Of a stretch of 64,000 nt of DNA, positions 20,434 through 29,631 are shown piece after piece (position 1 is the stretch's first letter; each line of letters opens with the position of its first letter). The position numbers and the translations under genes are program-made. This DNA comes from Candidatus Yanofskybacteria bacterium (GTDB lineage Bacteria > Patescibacteriota > Minisyncoccia > 2-02-FULL-40-12 > IGHO2-01-FULL-4-A). The stretch is taken from contig JACPNJ010000005.1 of assembly GCA_016185545.1 (NCBI GenBank), positions 4,549-68,548 of the forward strand, in the 5' to 3' direction. The notes beneath the pieces were generated by a model. The model did not search any database and was not told the DNA's origin. It worked only from the letters and a program-made list of their open reading frames with translations.

Positions 20434-21372
20434 CTATCTACGAACTGATTTTCTCTGGGATAAAAATTGAGCCAAATTATTAAAATGATCGCTAAAGTTT
20501 AGAACAACAGAGTCAACACCGGATCTTCCCAACTTTTCACGAAGTTCCTCGGTTTTTTTTAGAAATGTCCGTCTGACATCGGCTGCTCGGTCAGCTTTGA
20601 TTTTTTGGATAACGCCCGTCTCGGCATCCCGTACCGCAACTGTTCCTCTGCCACGTTGCCACAAGAATTCGTTGGGGTCGTCAAGAAATACGGCAATGAC
20701 ATTCCAGTTATGTTTGGCTGACAGAAACTCAAGCATCTGGTAATTAATCTCCGATTGGCCGCTGGTCACATCTATAAAATCAGAAAGTATTACTATGGAA
20801 CAATGGCGTTTGAGCCGTGCCGCTAAAAGTTCAAGAGCGGCGCTTAAATTTGATCTTCTTCTGCCAAATTTATTTTTTTTCTTCAATATCTCAAATTCTT
20901 CGGCCTTCTCAACAGCCAGTTTTACCGCATAAAATATCTGTCCGGAACCGAATTTGGGCGGCAAATAAAATTCAATGCCGTCAGAAACACAAAGTATTCC
21001 GACAGGATCATGAAAATAATTAGCGGCAAATCCCAACGCCCCGATGAGATGAAGCAGGAGTCTGAACTTATTTGCCTTTTGGTCAATTTCTACAAAAATG
21101 GAAGGTGAAATATCAACTACTAAAATTACAGGCGTACTTTTGAATTCCGGGTGTTCTAATTTATAAATCTTCTTGGGCCAACTAAGCAAACTTAATTGCC
21201 AGTCAATGTTGTCAACCGAATCTCCGTGGCGCCACTTGGTTATATCAAGTAAATCATAGCCCGCTCCTTGAAGCGGGCTTTTATGTTCCCCAATCTGTAT
21301 GTTACGGGCTTTACCGCGGTAAGTTTCCTGTTTTATTTGGATCAATTCTTCAAAAATTTCCCTTATTTCCAT
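20434..21372 (-). CDS. DUF58 family protein (MoxR partner)
   Basis: VILVVDISPSIF VWA-like core; directly downstream of moxR with overlapping stop/start. Confidence 0.7.
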   Translation of the reverse strand: MEIREIFEELIQIKQETYRGKARNIQIGEHKSPLQGAGYDLLDITKWRHGDSVDNIDWQLSLLSWPKKIYKLEHPEFKSTPVILVVDISPSIFVEIDQKANKFRLLLHLIGALGFAANYFHDPVGILCVSDGIEFYLPPKFGSGQIFYAVKLAVEKAEEFEILKKKNKFGRRRSNLSAALELLAARLKRHCSIVILSDFIDVTSGQSEINYQMLEFLSAKHNWNVIAVFLDDPNEFLWQRGRGTVAVRDAETGVIQKIKADRAADVRRTFLKKTEELREKLGRSGVDSVVLNFSDHFNNLAQFLSQRKSVRR

Positions 21373-22505
21373 GGCGGTTTCTCCGTTTTTTTGAGAATCT
21401 CTTCAAAGACCTCTTCTTTCGTGGTTTTAAATTCTTTGCCCGGTTTAAGAATAAGCCGGTGAACGATAACATTTTTGGCTACAGCCTTGACATGTTCTGG
21501 TCTCACCTCATTGCTGCCGGCAAAAAACGTTTCGGACCGAGCTACGGCTTCAAGGTGATAATTGACTCTCGGACTTGCCCCTACTTGAACATATTCTTTT
21601 AAAAACCGACCCAACTCCGATTCCGTATCAGTTACCCTCGGATCGGGGTCGGTATTGCGCAGCAATTTAGTGATGTATTTATCTGCTAATGCGGACAACT
21701 TAATATTATGATGAATCCAATCGGCGCAAGCCGAGATTTCATACAAATCCGTTACCGGCTGAATGGACTTACCCTCAACATTTTCGGCTCTAATTTTGCG
21801 TTCTTCTTCCTCTGGCGGACGATCAATGGGAATAAACATTGAAATTCTGTCCAAAACAGCCATTGGATTGGGAAAGGCTCCTGCTTCATCGTCAAGAATA
21901 TTTTGCGTTAGCAAAACCATAAAAAATCGCTCGCCCTCCACATCGTCATACTTGCCGCTTAAAGGGAAAAGCGGCAATCTTTTCATGGCAAATTCTTCGG
22001 CCAGATACTCATTTTTCGGAGTAATTGAATGCTCTTCCATTGCTTCAATGAGCGCTGAGCCTGTTTGAGGACGCATTCTATTAGCTTCATCCACAAAAAA
22101 CAAATGATTAAAAATTGGTCCGGGCTTAAATTGAATAGTCCTATTTCCTTTTAAATCTTCAACTATAGTCGGAGAACCGATGATATCTTGGGGCATTAGG
22201 TCAGGAGTTCCCTGAATTCTTCTCTCCTGAGCCTTCACAGCAAAAGAAATTGATTGTATAAGAGCGGTTTTACCAATCCCGGTGGATCCGGCAAACATAA
22301 TATTGGGCGGAGCTAATTTCATTGAACGGGTTAATTTGTCATTGTAGGGCAAACGCATAAAAAGCGAGCGCACTAATAACTCCGCCGGTCTTTCCAAACC
22401 AAATAGCCATGTAGTGGTCTCGGCGCGGATTTTTTGTTCAATTTTTCGAATATAATTAGGGGTAATATCTTCACGCGCAATGACTGGGCGTTTGTTTTGT
22501 TCCAT
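21363..22505 (-). CDS. MoxR-like AAA+ ATPase
   Basis: Walker A GSTGIGKT; VDEANRMRPQTGSALIEAMEEHSIT matches the MoxR AAA_3 sensor region. Confidence 0.85.
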   Translation of the reverse strand: MEQNKRPVIAREDITPNYIRKIEQKIRAETTTWLFGLERPAELLVRSLFMRLPYNDKLTRSMKLAPPNIMFAGSTGIGKTALIQSISFAVKAQERRIQGTPDLMPQDIIGSPTIVEDLKGNRTIQFKPGPIFNHLFFVDEANRMRPQTGSALIEAMEEHSITPKNEYLAEEFAMKRLPLFPLSGKYDDVEGERFFMVLLTQNILDDEAGAFPNPMAVLDRISMFIPIDRPPEEEERKIRAENVEGKSIQPVTDLYEISACADWIHHNIKLSALADKYITKLLRNTDPDPRVTDTESELGRFLKEYVQVGASPRVNYHLEAVARSETFFAGSNEVRPEHVKAVAKNVIVHRLILKPGKEFKTTKEEVFEEILKKTEKPPWK

Positions 22506-22643
22506 GAATTTATCCTCAAAAATTATAAAAGTGCTTGATTAGCTGGATAGTAATTGAAACGATAAAACCAGTCAACCCACCCTTGAAAAATAAAACCTGA
22601 CCACGGGTCAGGAGATTTTAAAAATTATTTTTTAAGGGCGGGG

Positions 22644-23528
22644 TTATTTAATATCCGCAAGCAAGGGTATCAGTTTTTCAAGCTCGGAAGCGGGAACGAT
22701 ATTCAATTCATCAAAAGGACGGGGTTTTAATCCTGACTTTGTAAGCACGGGCTCGCCTTGCACTATACAATTTTCTGTTCGCGGGACGCAATCCTTGGGG
22801 AGCTGATTTGCATTAATACCGACAACCTCACCCCGCTCATTAACCGTGGGGCCACCACTTAAACCGCCAAAAGTAAATAAATGATTTTTTGCCATTTTTA
22901 AATTTATGTAATTATTTGAAATTTCAGATATATCTTCAGAAAATTCATCGCTTAGATCTTTATTTTTTATCGGAAGATTTAGAGAAATTATATCGGCCTC
23001 AATACTTTCATAAACCAAGATTTGCGGTTCGCCAATTAACCCGTAATATACTTCATATATGAGGATTATTTTATTGTTGCCGGTAAGCTGTTTTGGATGT
23101 GGATGGATGCCTTTTACAAAAACCTTATCGCCTATTTTAGCTTGGCTTAACCCGTACGCTTCCGGAAAAGTTGTCGGATCAAAATTACCTTGAATTTTAA
23201 CAACCGCAACATCAGTTATTGGCGGAAGTTGTACCAGAAAACCATCATATACCCTGCCGTTGAAAAATACTTTTGCTTGCCCGTCGCTTTCATTGCCCAC
23301 AAAATGCTTGGCTGAAGCAAACAGCCCACGCTCTCTGTCAATCAAGAAAGCCGATGCCAAAATATGCGGCGCGCAGTTCCGCTCCCTTATGAATAGCGCC
23401 TCTTTGGCTGAAAAATTTTGCGGGAAACGATCCGTATTTTGGCAATCATTTGATAAATTTGGCGGCCCGCAACCAAGAACAAATAACGAAAAAACAAATA
23501 ATCCAAAAAGTGCAATCGGCAGCTTCAT
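22644..23528 (-). CDS. lipoprotein, trypsin-like serine protease
   Basis: Lipobox LFVLGCG; FGGLSGGPTVN serine protease motif. Confidence 0.55.
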   Translation of the reverse strand: MKLPIALFGLFVFSLFVLGCGPPNLSNDCQNTDRFPQNFSAKEALFIRERNCAPHILASAFLIDRERGLFASAKHFVGNESDGQAKVFFNGRVYDGFLVQLPPITDVAVVKIQGNFDPTTFPEAYGLSQAKIGDKVFVKGIHPHPKQLTGNNKIILIYEVYYGLIGEPQILVYESIEADIISLNLPIKNKDLSDEFSEDISEISNNYINLKMAKNHLFTFGGLSGGPTVNERGEVVGINANQLPKDCVPRTENCIVQGEPVLTKSGLKPRPFDELNIVPASELEKLIPLLADIK

Positions 23529-23546
23529 TACATTCTCCTCAATTTT

Positions 23547-24749
23547 TTATGATTCTAAAACTTTCTTGATCTTGGGCAGTGCCCAATAAATATCCTCCCG
23601 CCCGATATTTAATGGCGGATTAAAACGTAAAACATTGTGGCTGGCGCCTAAAAGAATGCCTTCAGCCATAAATTTTCTGATTAGGTTTTCGGTTTTGACA
23701 TTTTCAACCAATTCAACGCCAATCATTAATCCTCTGCCGCGAACTTCTTTAATATACCGACGGCTAATATTCCGCAAACCTTGTTTTAAAATTAAGCCCA
23801 GATCATACGCGTTATCGCTTAATTCCTCTTCTTCTAAAATTTTCATCGCTTCCAACGCAGCAACACAACTTAACGGATTACCGGCAAAGGTACTGCCATC
23901 ATCGCCTTTTTTGATTACATCCATAATCTCAGCCCGGCCAACTACTGCTGAAACGGGCTCCACACCACCGCTAAAACCTTTGCCCACAATAAAAATATCC
24001 GGCTGTACTTTTACTCTTTCGCAACTTAAATTGTGCCCGGTTCTGCCAAAACCGGTTTGGATTTCGTCAGCAATGAAAAGCACTCCGTTTTCTCTGCAAA
24101 TTTCACTAACTAAAGGTAAATAGCGTGACGGCGGCACAATGACTCCACCTTCGCCCTGAATCGGTTCAACTATAAAAGCGGCCGTGTTTTTAGTAATTGC
24201 CTGTTCAAGCGCTCCAATATCGCCAAAAGGAATCTGTATAAATCCCGGCAAGAACGGCCCGAAATTGTATTTATATTGCTGATTTGTCATTAAAGAAAGA
24301 GCGCCATAGGTACGGCCGTGAAAACTCCCGATACAGGAAATAATCTCGGCCTTTTTTTCATCTATGCCCTTTGTTTCATATCCCCACTTGCGGGCAATCT
24401 TAATTGCTTTTTCAACCGCCTCATGTCCGCCGAGGGCTGGTAAAATCTTGCCAGTTTCTCCAAAACCGCAGAAGTGAACCAGTTTTTCGCTAAACAATGC
24501 CAGGGCTTCGGTAGGCGTGGTTCTGGAAACAAGCCCCAGCTTGTCCAGTTGTTTTTTAATTGCGGCTATAATCCGCGGATGGCAATGACCAATATTAAGA
24601 ACAGCATAAGATCCTAAAAAATCAAAATATTTATTGCCATCAACATCCCATAGCCAAGCCCCACTGCCGTGGTCAGCAATTAGTTGCGGCTCATAATTAG
24701 CCACCAAATGTTTATTCAATTTACTTAAAATTGTTAAGGAACGTTCCAT
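23547..24749 (-). CDS. class III aminotransferase (ornithine/acetylornithine aminotransferase-like)
   Basis: Pattern matches class III aminotransferases (e.g. GFGETGKILPALGGHEAVEKAI, IADEIQTGFGRTG, VGKGFSGG). Confidence 0.8.
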   Translation of the reverse strand: MERSLTILSKLNKHLVANYEPQLIADHGSGAWLWDVDGNKYFDFLGSYAVLNIGHCHPRIIAAIKKQLDKLGLVSRTTPTEALALFSEKLVHFCGFGETGKILPALGGHEAVEKAIKIARKWGYETKGIDEKKAEIISCIGSFHGRTYGALSLMTNQQYKYNFGPFLPGFIQIPFGDIGALEQAITKNTAAFIVEPIQGEGGVIVPPSRYLPLVSEICRENGVLFIADEIQTGFGRTGHNLSCERVKVQPDIFIVGKGFSGGVEPVSAVVGRAEIMDVIKKGDDGSTFAGNPLSCVAALEAMKILEEEELSDNAYDLGLILKQGLRNISRRYIKEVRGRGLMIGVELVENVKTENLIRKFMAEGILLGASHNVLRFNPPLNIGREDIYWALPKIKKVLES

Positions 24750-24915
24750 TTTTTCTCTCCCATCTGATTTTTATCATTCAACCAAATTAACCAAGCGCAT
24801 TTGAAAATTACAGAAAAAATGGTAGGATGTCAATCCCGAACGAGACAGCCTTTGCAAACAACAAGAAAGGGTTACAACGCCTATCTAATCGGGATTATTA
24901 AAGTAAATTATTAAT

Positions 24916-24957
24916 AGGCACGGAAACGATTTACATATGTAAATCGTTTCCGTGCCT
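24916..24957. promoter_or_regulatory. 42-bp perfect palindrome in the divergent promoter region upstream of uvrC
   Basis: aggcacggaaacgatttacat|atgtaaatcgtttccgtgcct; ends 8 bp before the uvrC ATG. Confidence 0.5.
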
Positions 24958-24965
24958 CGTACGGG

Positions 24966-26393
24966 ATGAAAATTAATCCCAAAATCGTGCCCAAAACACC
25001 GGGTGTTTATTTTTTCCGTGATAAACATGGGCAAATTTTGTATATCGGCAAAGCGGTTAACTTAAAAAATCGCTTGGCCAGCTATTTTAAATCTCAACTT
25101 GGCGGTCGGACCGCTAAGTTGATGGAAAAAGCCATAAGAGTTAATTGGCAAAAGACTGATTCCGAAATAGAAGCCCTGATTTTAGAATCACAACTTATTA
25201 AAAAATATCGTCCGCCGTTCAACGTAATGCTGCGTGATGATAAACAGTATTTTTTTGTTGGATTCACGAAAGATGTGTTTCCACGCATCTTCTTGACTCA
25301 TCAACCGTTTGATTGTCGACGCTTAAAAAATTCAAAATCTAAATTTCAAAATTCAAATAATCTAAAACCTGATTTCGTTGGTCCATTCACTGATGGAAAT
25401 GCGCTAAGGATAACCTTGCGACTTCTGCGCCGCATATTTCCCTATTGCACTTGCAAGCAAAAGCATAATAATTATTGTTTGAATTATCATATTGGGAAAT
25501 GTTTGGGGTTTTGCTGTCTGAAAGATCAGAATCTAGAATCTAGAAAGCAGAATCTAGAATCATATAAGAAAAATGCCAGGGCGATAAAAGATATATTGAC
25601 AGGCAAGCGAAGCAGTTTGATAAAAAGATTTAAAAAAGAAATGCTGGAACTTGGCAAAAAACATGATTTTGAAAAAGCGATTGAATTACGCGATAAAATT
25701 ACGAAACTGAAAAAAGTTTTTGAGAATGCCCGCATCATTCTAGATTCCAAAAACAGGTCTACAGACAAAGATGCTTTAAAAAACTTAGCCAAAATTATCG
25801 GCACAAAATATATCCCAAAGCGAATAGAGGGTTATGATATTTCTAATATCCAAGGCGAATTTGCTACTGGTGCAATGGTCGTTTTTGTTAACGGCCGGCC
25901 TGATAAAAGCCAATACCGTAGGTTTAAAATTCGAAATTCGAATATCAAAATTCGAAACAAATCCAAAATTCAAAATTCAAAATCACAAAAGGTTTCGGAT
26001 TTCAGATTTCATGCTTCGGATTTCCGCTCTGTCGGAGATACGGCAATGTTGCGTGAAATATTAACTCGTCGGTTTAATCATCCGGAATGGCCACGGCCGG
26101 ATTTAATAATCGTAGACGGCGGTAGGGCACAACTAAATGTTGCAGCTAAAATAATCTATGGACATCGCAAGACCATAGGTCTTGCGATGACGGAAAATCT
26201 GATTCCGATTGTTGCTTTGACCAAAAACGATAAACACCGAGGAAGCCACATTTATGTTGGCGCTAAAAAAGCGGCTGTACCGTTGAAACAGTTACCATCG
26301 GCGGTTAGAAATCTGATTCTTCAAGTTGATTCAGAGACCCACAGGTTCGCGATTAGTTATTACAAAAAATTGCACAGAAAATTGGGCAAATAA
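24966..26393 (+). CDS. uvrC: excinuclease ABC subunit C, short form lacking the C-terminal (HhH)2
   Basis: GIY-YIG (GVYFFRDKHGQILYIGKAVNLKNR), Cys cluster, UVR domain, RIEGYDISNIQG/IIVDGGRAQL endonuclease domain; ends at 475 aa. Confidence 0.85.
   Translation: MKINPKIVPKTPGVYFFRDKHGQILYIGKAVNLKNRLASYFKSQLGGRTAKLMEKAIRVNWQKTDSEIEALILESQLIKKYRPPFNVMLRDDKQYFFVGFTKDVFPRIFLTHQPFDCRRLKNSKSKFQNSNNLKPDFVGPFTDGNALRITLRLLRRIFPYCTCKQKHNNYCLNYHIGKCLGFCCLKDQNLESRKQNLESYKKNARAIKDILTGKRSSLIKRFKKEMLELGKKHDFEKAIELRDKITKLKKVFENARIILDSKNRSTDKDALKNLAKIIGTKYIPKRIEGYDISNIQGEFATGAMVVFVNGRPDKSQYRRFKIRNSNIKIRNKSKIQNSKSQKVSDFRFHASDFRSVGDTAMLREILTRRFNHPEWPRPDLIIVDGGRAQLNVAAKIIYGHRKTIGLAMTENLIPIVALTKNDKHRGSHIYVGAKKAAVPLKQLPSAVRNLILQVDSETHRFAISYYKKLHRKLGK
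25528..25562. repeat. Heptamer array (agaatct-like x5) inside uvrC
   Basis: agaatct agaatct agaaagc agaatct agaatca; encodes QNLESRKQNLES. Confidence 0.8.
25919..26035. repeat. MITE-like aattcga/ttcggatt element inserted in frame in uvrC
   Basis: Same family as 11921-12045; encodes RNSNIKIRNKSKIQNSKSQKVSDFRFHASDFRS, which is absent from E. coli UvrC at this position. Confidence 0.5.
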
Positions 26394-26399
26394 AAAATG

Positions 26400-26850
26400 G
26401 CTCGGGTTTAGCATTTGCCTTCGCCGAACCATTTCCGCTCCAAGATCCTTTCTTTGTCTCGGCGCACAATGTTGCGCCGGTCTGGAGGGTTAATTTTTGC
26501 CCCACATCCTAAAGCTATGCGGAGCACCTTTCGCCAATGTAAACCCTACCATAATTTCAAACCGCATGGCAAAGTTCGGGAATTGGCGAAATTTATGCCT
26601 GACCGGCCGCCTGCTTCTCCGCCATCAGTTGCCTGATAGCCGCCTCCACACGGACACTCACTCGCGGCTTTTGCCGCCGCGGGAAACGGAAACATGGCGA
26701 GGGGCCCTTGTTTTGGCTATTGGTACCGGGAATAACCTTTGTCTTTGTTCCCTTTCTTCGTTCGGTACGACTTCCCAATGCCTTTCTGATTTTGCGCCGA
26801 TTTATGTTCACTTTTTACCTCCATAACCAGATTCGCACCATGCTTACATT
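26400..26850 (-). other. GC-rich (~55%) island with a strong minus-strand promoter; small basic ORF (72 aa, GTG start with GGAGG RBS) or ncRNA
   Basis: Promoter TTGACT-17-TAATAT on the minus strand at about 26858-26886; overlapping ORFs on both strands; composition unlike its neighbours. Confidence 0.3.
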
Positions 26851-26925
26851 ATATTACACCTAATATAATTAAAAGTCAAGGTTTGCATAAAACGGATGAA
26901 GTGATATACTAAAAATTGCCTTAAT

Positions 26926-27261
26926 ATGGCTATTTTTATAAGGTTTTTTGCTAGTATTCTGGGTTTGTATCTAGCTAATCTCTGGGTAAGCGGTTTTAGC
27001 GTAATTGATGGCTGGCAGTCATATCTGATTTCCGGTTTAGTGCTTGGTTTACTGAATTTGATAATCCGCCCTATTTTGAAAATTATCACTTTTCCGTTAA
27101 TTATAGTTTCGCTGGGCCTTTTCCTGATCGTAATTAATGCCATAATCTTGTGGCTTACAGCCCAACTGACCGGTTATATTGTTATAGAAAACTATGTCGC
27201 TCTTTTATGGGCAACATTAGTAATAGCAGCAATAAATTTTATAGCGCATTGGGTCAAATAA
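26926..27261 (+). CDS. Phage_holin_4_2 (DUF360) family membrane protein
   Basis: LVLGLLNLIIRPILKIITFPLIIVSLGLFLIVINAIILWL matches the four-TM holin-like family. Confidence 0.65.
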   Translation: MAIFIRFFASILGLYLANLWVSGFSVIDGWQSYLISGLVLGLLNLIIRPILKIITFPLIIVSLGLFLIVINAIILWLTAQLTGYIVIENYVALLWATLVIAAINFIAHWVK

Positions 27262-27267
27262 AAATTT

Positions 27268-27477
27268 ATGTTAATAACAATCATCCAGCTAATTCTCGCC
27301 GTTCTCCTGATTGCGGCCATTTTACTCCAACAGCGTGGCACAGGACTTTCCGGCGCTTTTGGCGGCGAGGGCAGTGTTTATTCAACGCGCCGCGGTATTG
27401 AAAAAATACTTTTTACTTCCACCATAGTGATAGCGGTTTTATTTTTTGGCACTTCCGTTGGCAGACTCTTGTTCTAG
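27268..27477 (+). CDS. secG: preprotein translocase subunit SecG
   Basis: ILLQQRGTGLSGAFGGEG between two TM helices. Confidence 0.75.
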   Translation: MLITIIQLILAVLLIAAILLQQRGTGLSGAFGGEGSVYSTRRGIEKILFTSTIVIAVLFFGTSVGRLLF

Positions 27478-27516
27478 TTTGCAGTCCACAGTTGTCAGTA
27501 AACAGTTAATATCTTT

Positions 27517-27548
27517 TATAAACTGTGAACTGTAAACTGTGAACTTTT
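27517..27548. repeat. Heptamer array (aactgtg/aactgta) downstream of secG
   Basis: aactgtg aactgta aactgtg aactttt. Confidence 0.8.
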
Positions 27549-27662
27549 CTAATTAATAACGATTATAATCAATTAGATAATTTTTTCTCGTCTCCCAAGA
27601 ATACAAAAAACGACAAGCATATCAGTAAGATAAAGCGAAAATGGTTTCAATTATTTGAACTA

Positions 27663-29396
27663 TTGCCCACGAAACAGCAATTACGGTATCTGCCGAAAGT
27701 GCTGTCTAAAAAAGAACGGGATTTGATTGTTTTTTTATTTTTTATTACTATCGGTGCTTTAATAGCCATGCCCGTCGCAGGTTATTATCACTTTACCAAA
27801 CCGGCGCCTGATTTTGGCGGGAGCTTAATTGAAGGCCTAGTGGGTACACCACAGCGCATCAATCCCCTGCTTGTCCAAAATAATGATGCGGAAAAAGATT
27901 TAACAGGCTTAGTTTATAGCGGCTTATTACGATATAACGGTCAAGGTAAAATTGAAAACGGTCTTGCCGAATCTTACGAAATATCAGAAGATGGTCTGAT
28001 TTATATTTTTAAACTGCGAAATAATCTTTTGTGGCATGACAGACAGCCACTCACTGCCGATGATGTAATTTTTAGCGTTATTACCGCTCAGAATTCCGAT
28101 TACGGCAGTACGCAAAGGATTGTTTGGCAGGGAGTTGAAGTAAGTAAGGCTGACGACCGAACAATAATATTTAAACTAAAAAACAAATATGCGCAGTTTT
28201 TAAGTAATGCTACGATGGGGATAATACCCAAACATATATGGGAAAAAATAAAACCGTCTAGTTTTGACCTTTCGGATTTCAATATAAAGCCGGTTGGTTC
28301 CGGACCATACAAGTTTTCCAAGGTCAGACGCGATACTGCCGGAAACATAAAATCTTTTGAATTAGCGGCGTTTGAAAAATATTATGCCGGCAAGCCCTAT
28401 ATCTCTAAAATTATATTCAAATTCTATCAGTCTGAAAATGATATGATAACCGCATATAACAACAATGAAATTGAGGGTTTGGGATTCATTTCGCCGCAAA
28501 ATTTAAATTCTTTCAGGTTCCTCGGTCAATTAAAAATTTTAAAATTACGATTGCCGCGATATTTCGCCGTATTTTTTAACCAGAACCGCAGCAAACAACT
28601 TTCCGATAAGAATGTACGGCTTGCCATAAATTATGCCACCAATAAAAACGGCCTTGTGGACAAAATATTAAACGGCTATGGCACAGCAGTTGATTCCCCA
28701 ATGTTATTCGGAATTATAAATCCGTCCGGCCAAATTGCTAAACAAGAGTTTGGCATTGAGTTAGCAAATAAAACTTTGGAAGATGCTAACTGGTCATATC
28801 CGGCAAGCTCTTCGGATAATCATAGAATCCGTGAAAAGGTTCTGCCGCCGCCAAAAAATAAAAAAAATCAGCCCGGCGAACCGCTTAAACTGGAAATTAA
28901 ACTCACAACTTCCGATTGGCCGGAACTTATAGCCGTCGGTAACGAAATTAAAAGACAGTGGGAAACAGTAGGTGTGGCGGTAAATTTAGAGGTTTTGCCT
29001 TTGCCGGAATTACAGCGTGTAATTAAAGAAAGGAATTATGACGCATTGCTTTTTGGAGAAGTACTTGCTCTTGATCCAGACCCATTTAGTTTTTGGCATT
29101 CATCGCAGAAACGTGATCCCGGTCTTAATTTGGCATTGTACGACAATAAGGACGCTGATAAGCTGTTAGAAGATGCTCGCCAAACACTTGTTTATTCGGC
29201 ACGACTGGCTAAATATGACGAATTTCAAAAAATTGTAGCCAACGAAATTCCCGCGGTATTTCTTTATAGTCCCGATTATTTATACGCCCAGCCGGTAAAA
29301 ATTAAAGGTAATAATAATAAATTGATTTCAATGCCTTCTGGCCGTTTTGATACTGTAAACAAATGGTATATAGAGACAAAAAGAGTTACGAGGTAG
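27663..29396 (+). CDS. ABC transporter substrate-binding protein, family 5 (peptide/nickel-type), membrane-anchored
   Basis: N-terminal TM; length and pattern fit SBP_bac_5. Confidence 0.7.
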   Translation: MPTKQQLRYLPKVLSKKERDLIVFLFFITIGALIAMPVAGYYHFTKPAPDFGGSLIEGLVGTPQRINPLLVQNNDAEKDLTGLVYSGLLRYNGQGKIENGLAESYEISEDGLIYIFKLRNNLLWHDRQPLTADDVIFSVITAQNSDYGSTQRIVWQGVEVSKADDRTIIFKLKNKYAQFLSNATMGIIPKHIWEKIKPSSFDLSDFNIKPVGSGPYKFSKVRRDTAGNIKSFELAAFEKYYAGKPYISKIIFKFYQSENDMITAYNNNEIEGLGFISPQNLNSFRFLGQLKILKLRLPRYFAVFFNQNRSKQLSDKNVRLAINYATNKNGLVDKILNGYGTAVDSPMLFGIINPSGQIAKQEFGIELANKTLEDANWSYPASSSDNHRIREKVLPPPKNKKNQPGEPLKLEIKLTTSDWPELIAVGNEIKRQWETVGVAVNLEVLPLPELQRVIKERNYDALLFGEVLALDPDPFSFWHSSQKRDPGLNLALYDNKDADKLLEDARQTLVYSARLAKYDEFQKIVANEIPAVFLYSPDYLYAQPVKIKGNNNKLISMPSGRFDTVNKWYIETKRVTR

Positions 29397-29429
29397 TAAT
29401 TGTTATTCAGTAACTGAAAACTAAAACTA

Positions 29430-29458
29430 TTGACTCCAACCGCTAGTTTTGCTATAAT
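29430..29458 (+). promoter_or_regulatory. consensus sigma70 promoter (TTGACT-17-TATAAT) upstream of tRNA-Leu
   Basis: Exact consensus hexamers with 17-bp spacing. Confidence 0.55.
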
Positions 29459-29547
29459 GGAATTTCATAGTAGTGATGCATCTCTTATCGGGGACAGCGA
29501 CGTGTCTTACTGTCTAACTCTTGTGTTTTTATTACGCGCATACCCCT

Positions 29548-29631
29548 GCTCGGGTGGTGAAATTGGCAGACACGTTAGCTTCAGGAGCTAATGGGAGCAA
29601 TCCCGTGGGAGTTCAAATCTCCCCCCGAGCA
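29548..29631 (+). tRNA. tRNA-Leu (anticodon CAG), type II with long variable arm
   Basis: Acceptor GCTCGGG/CCCGAGC, anticodon arm TTAGC-ttCAGga-GCTAA, variable-arm hairpin GGGAgcaaTCCC, T-arm GGGAG-ttcaaat-CTCCC; CCA not encoded. Confidence 0.85.
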
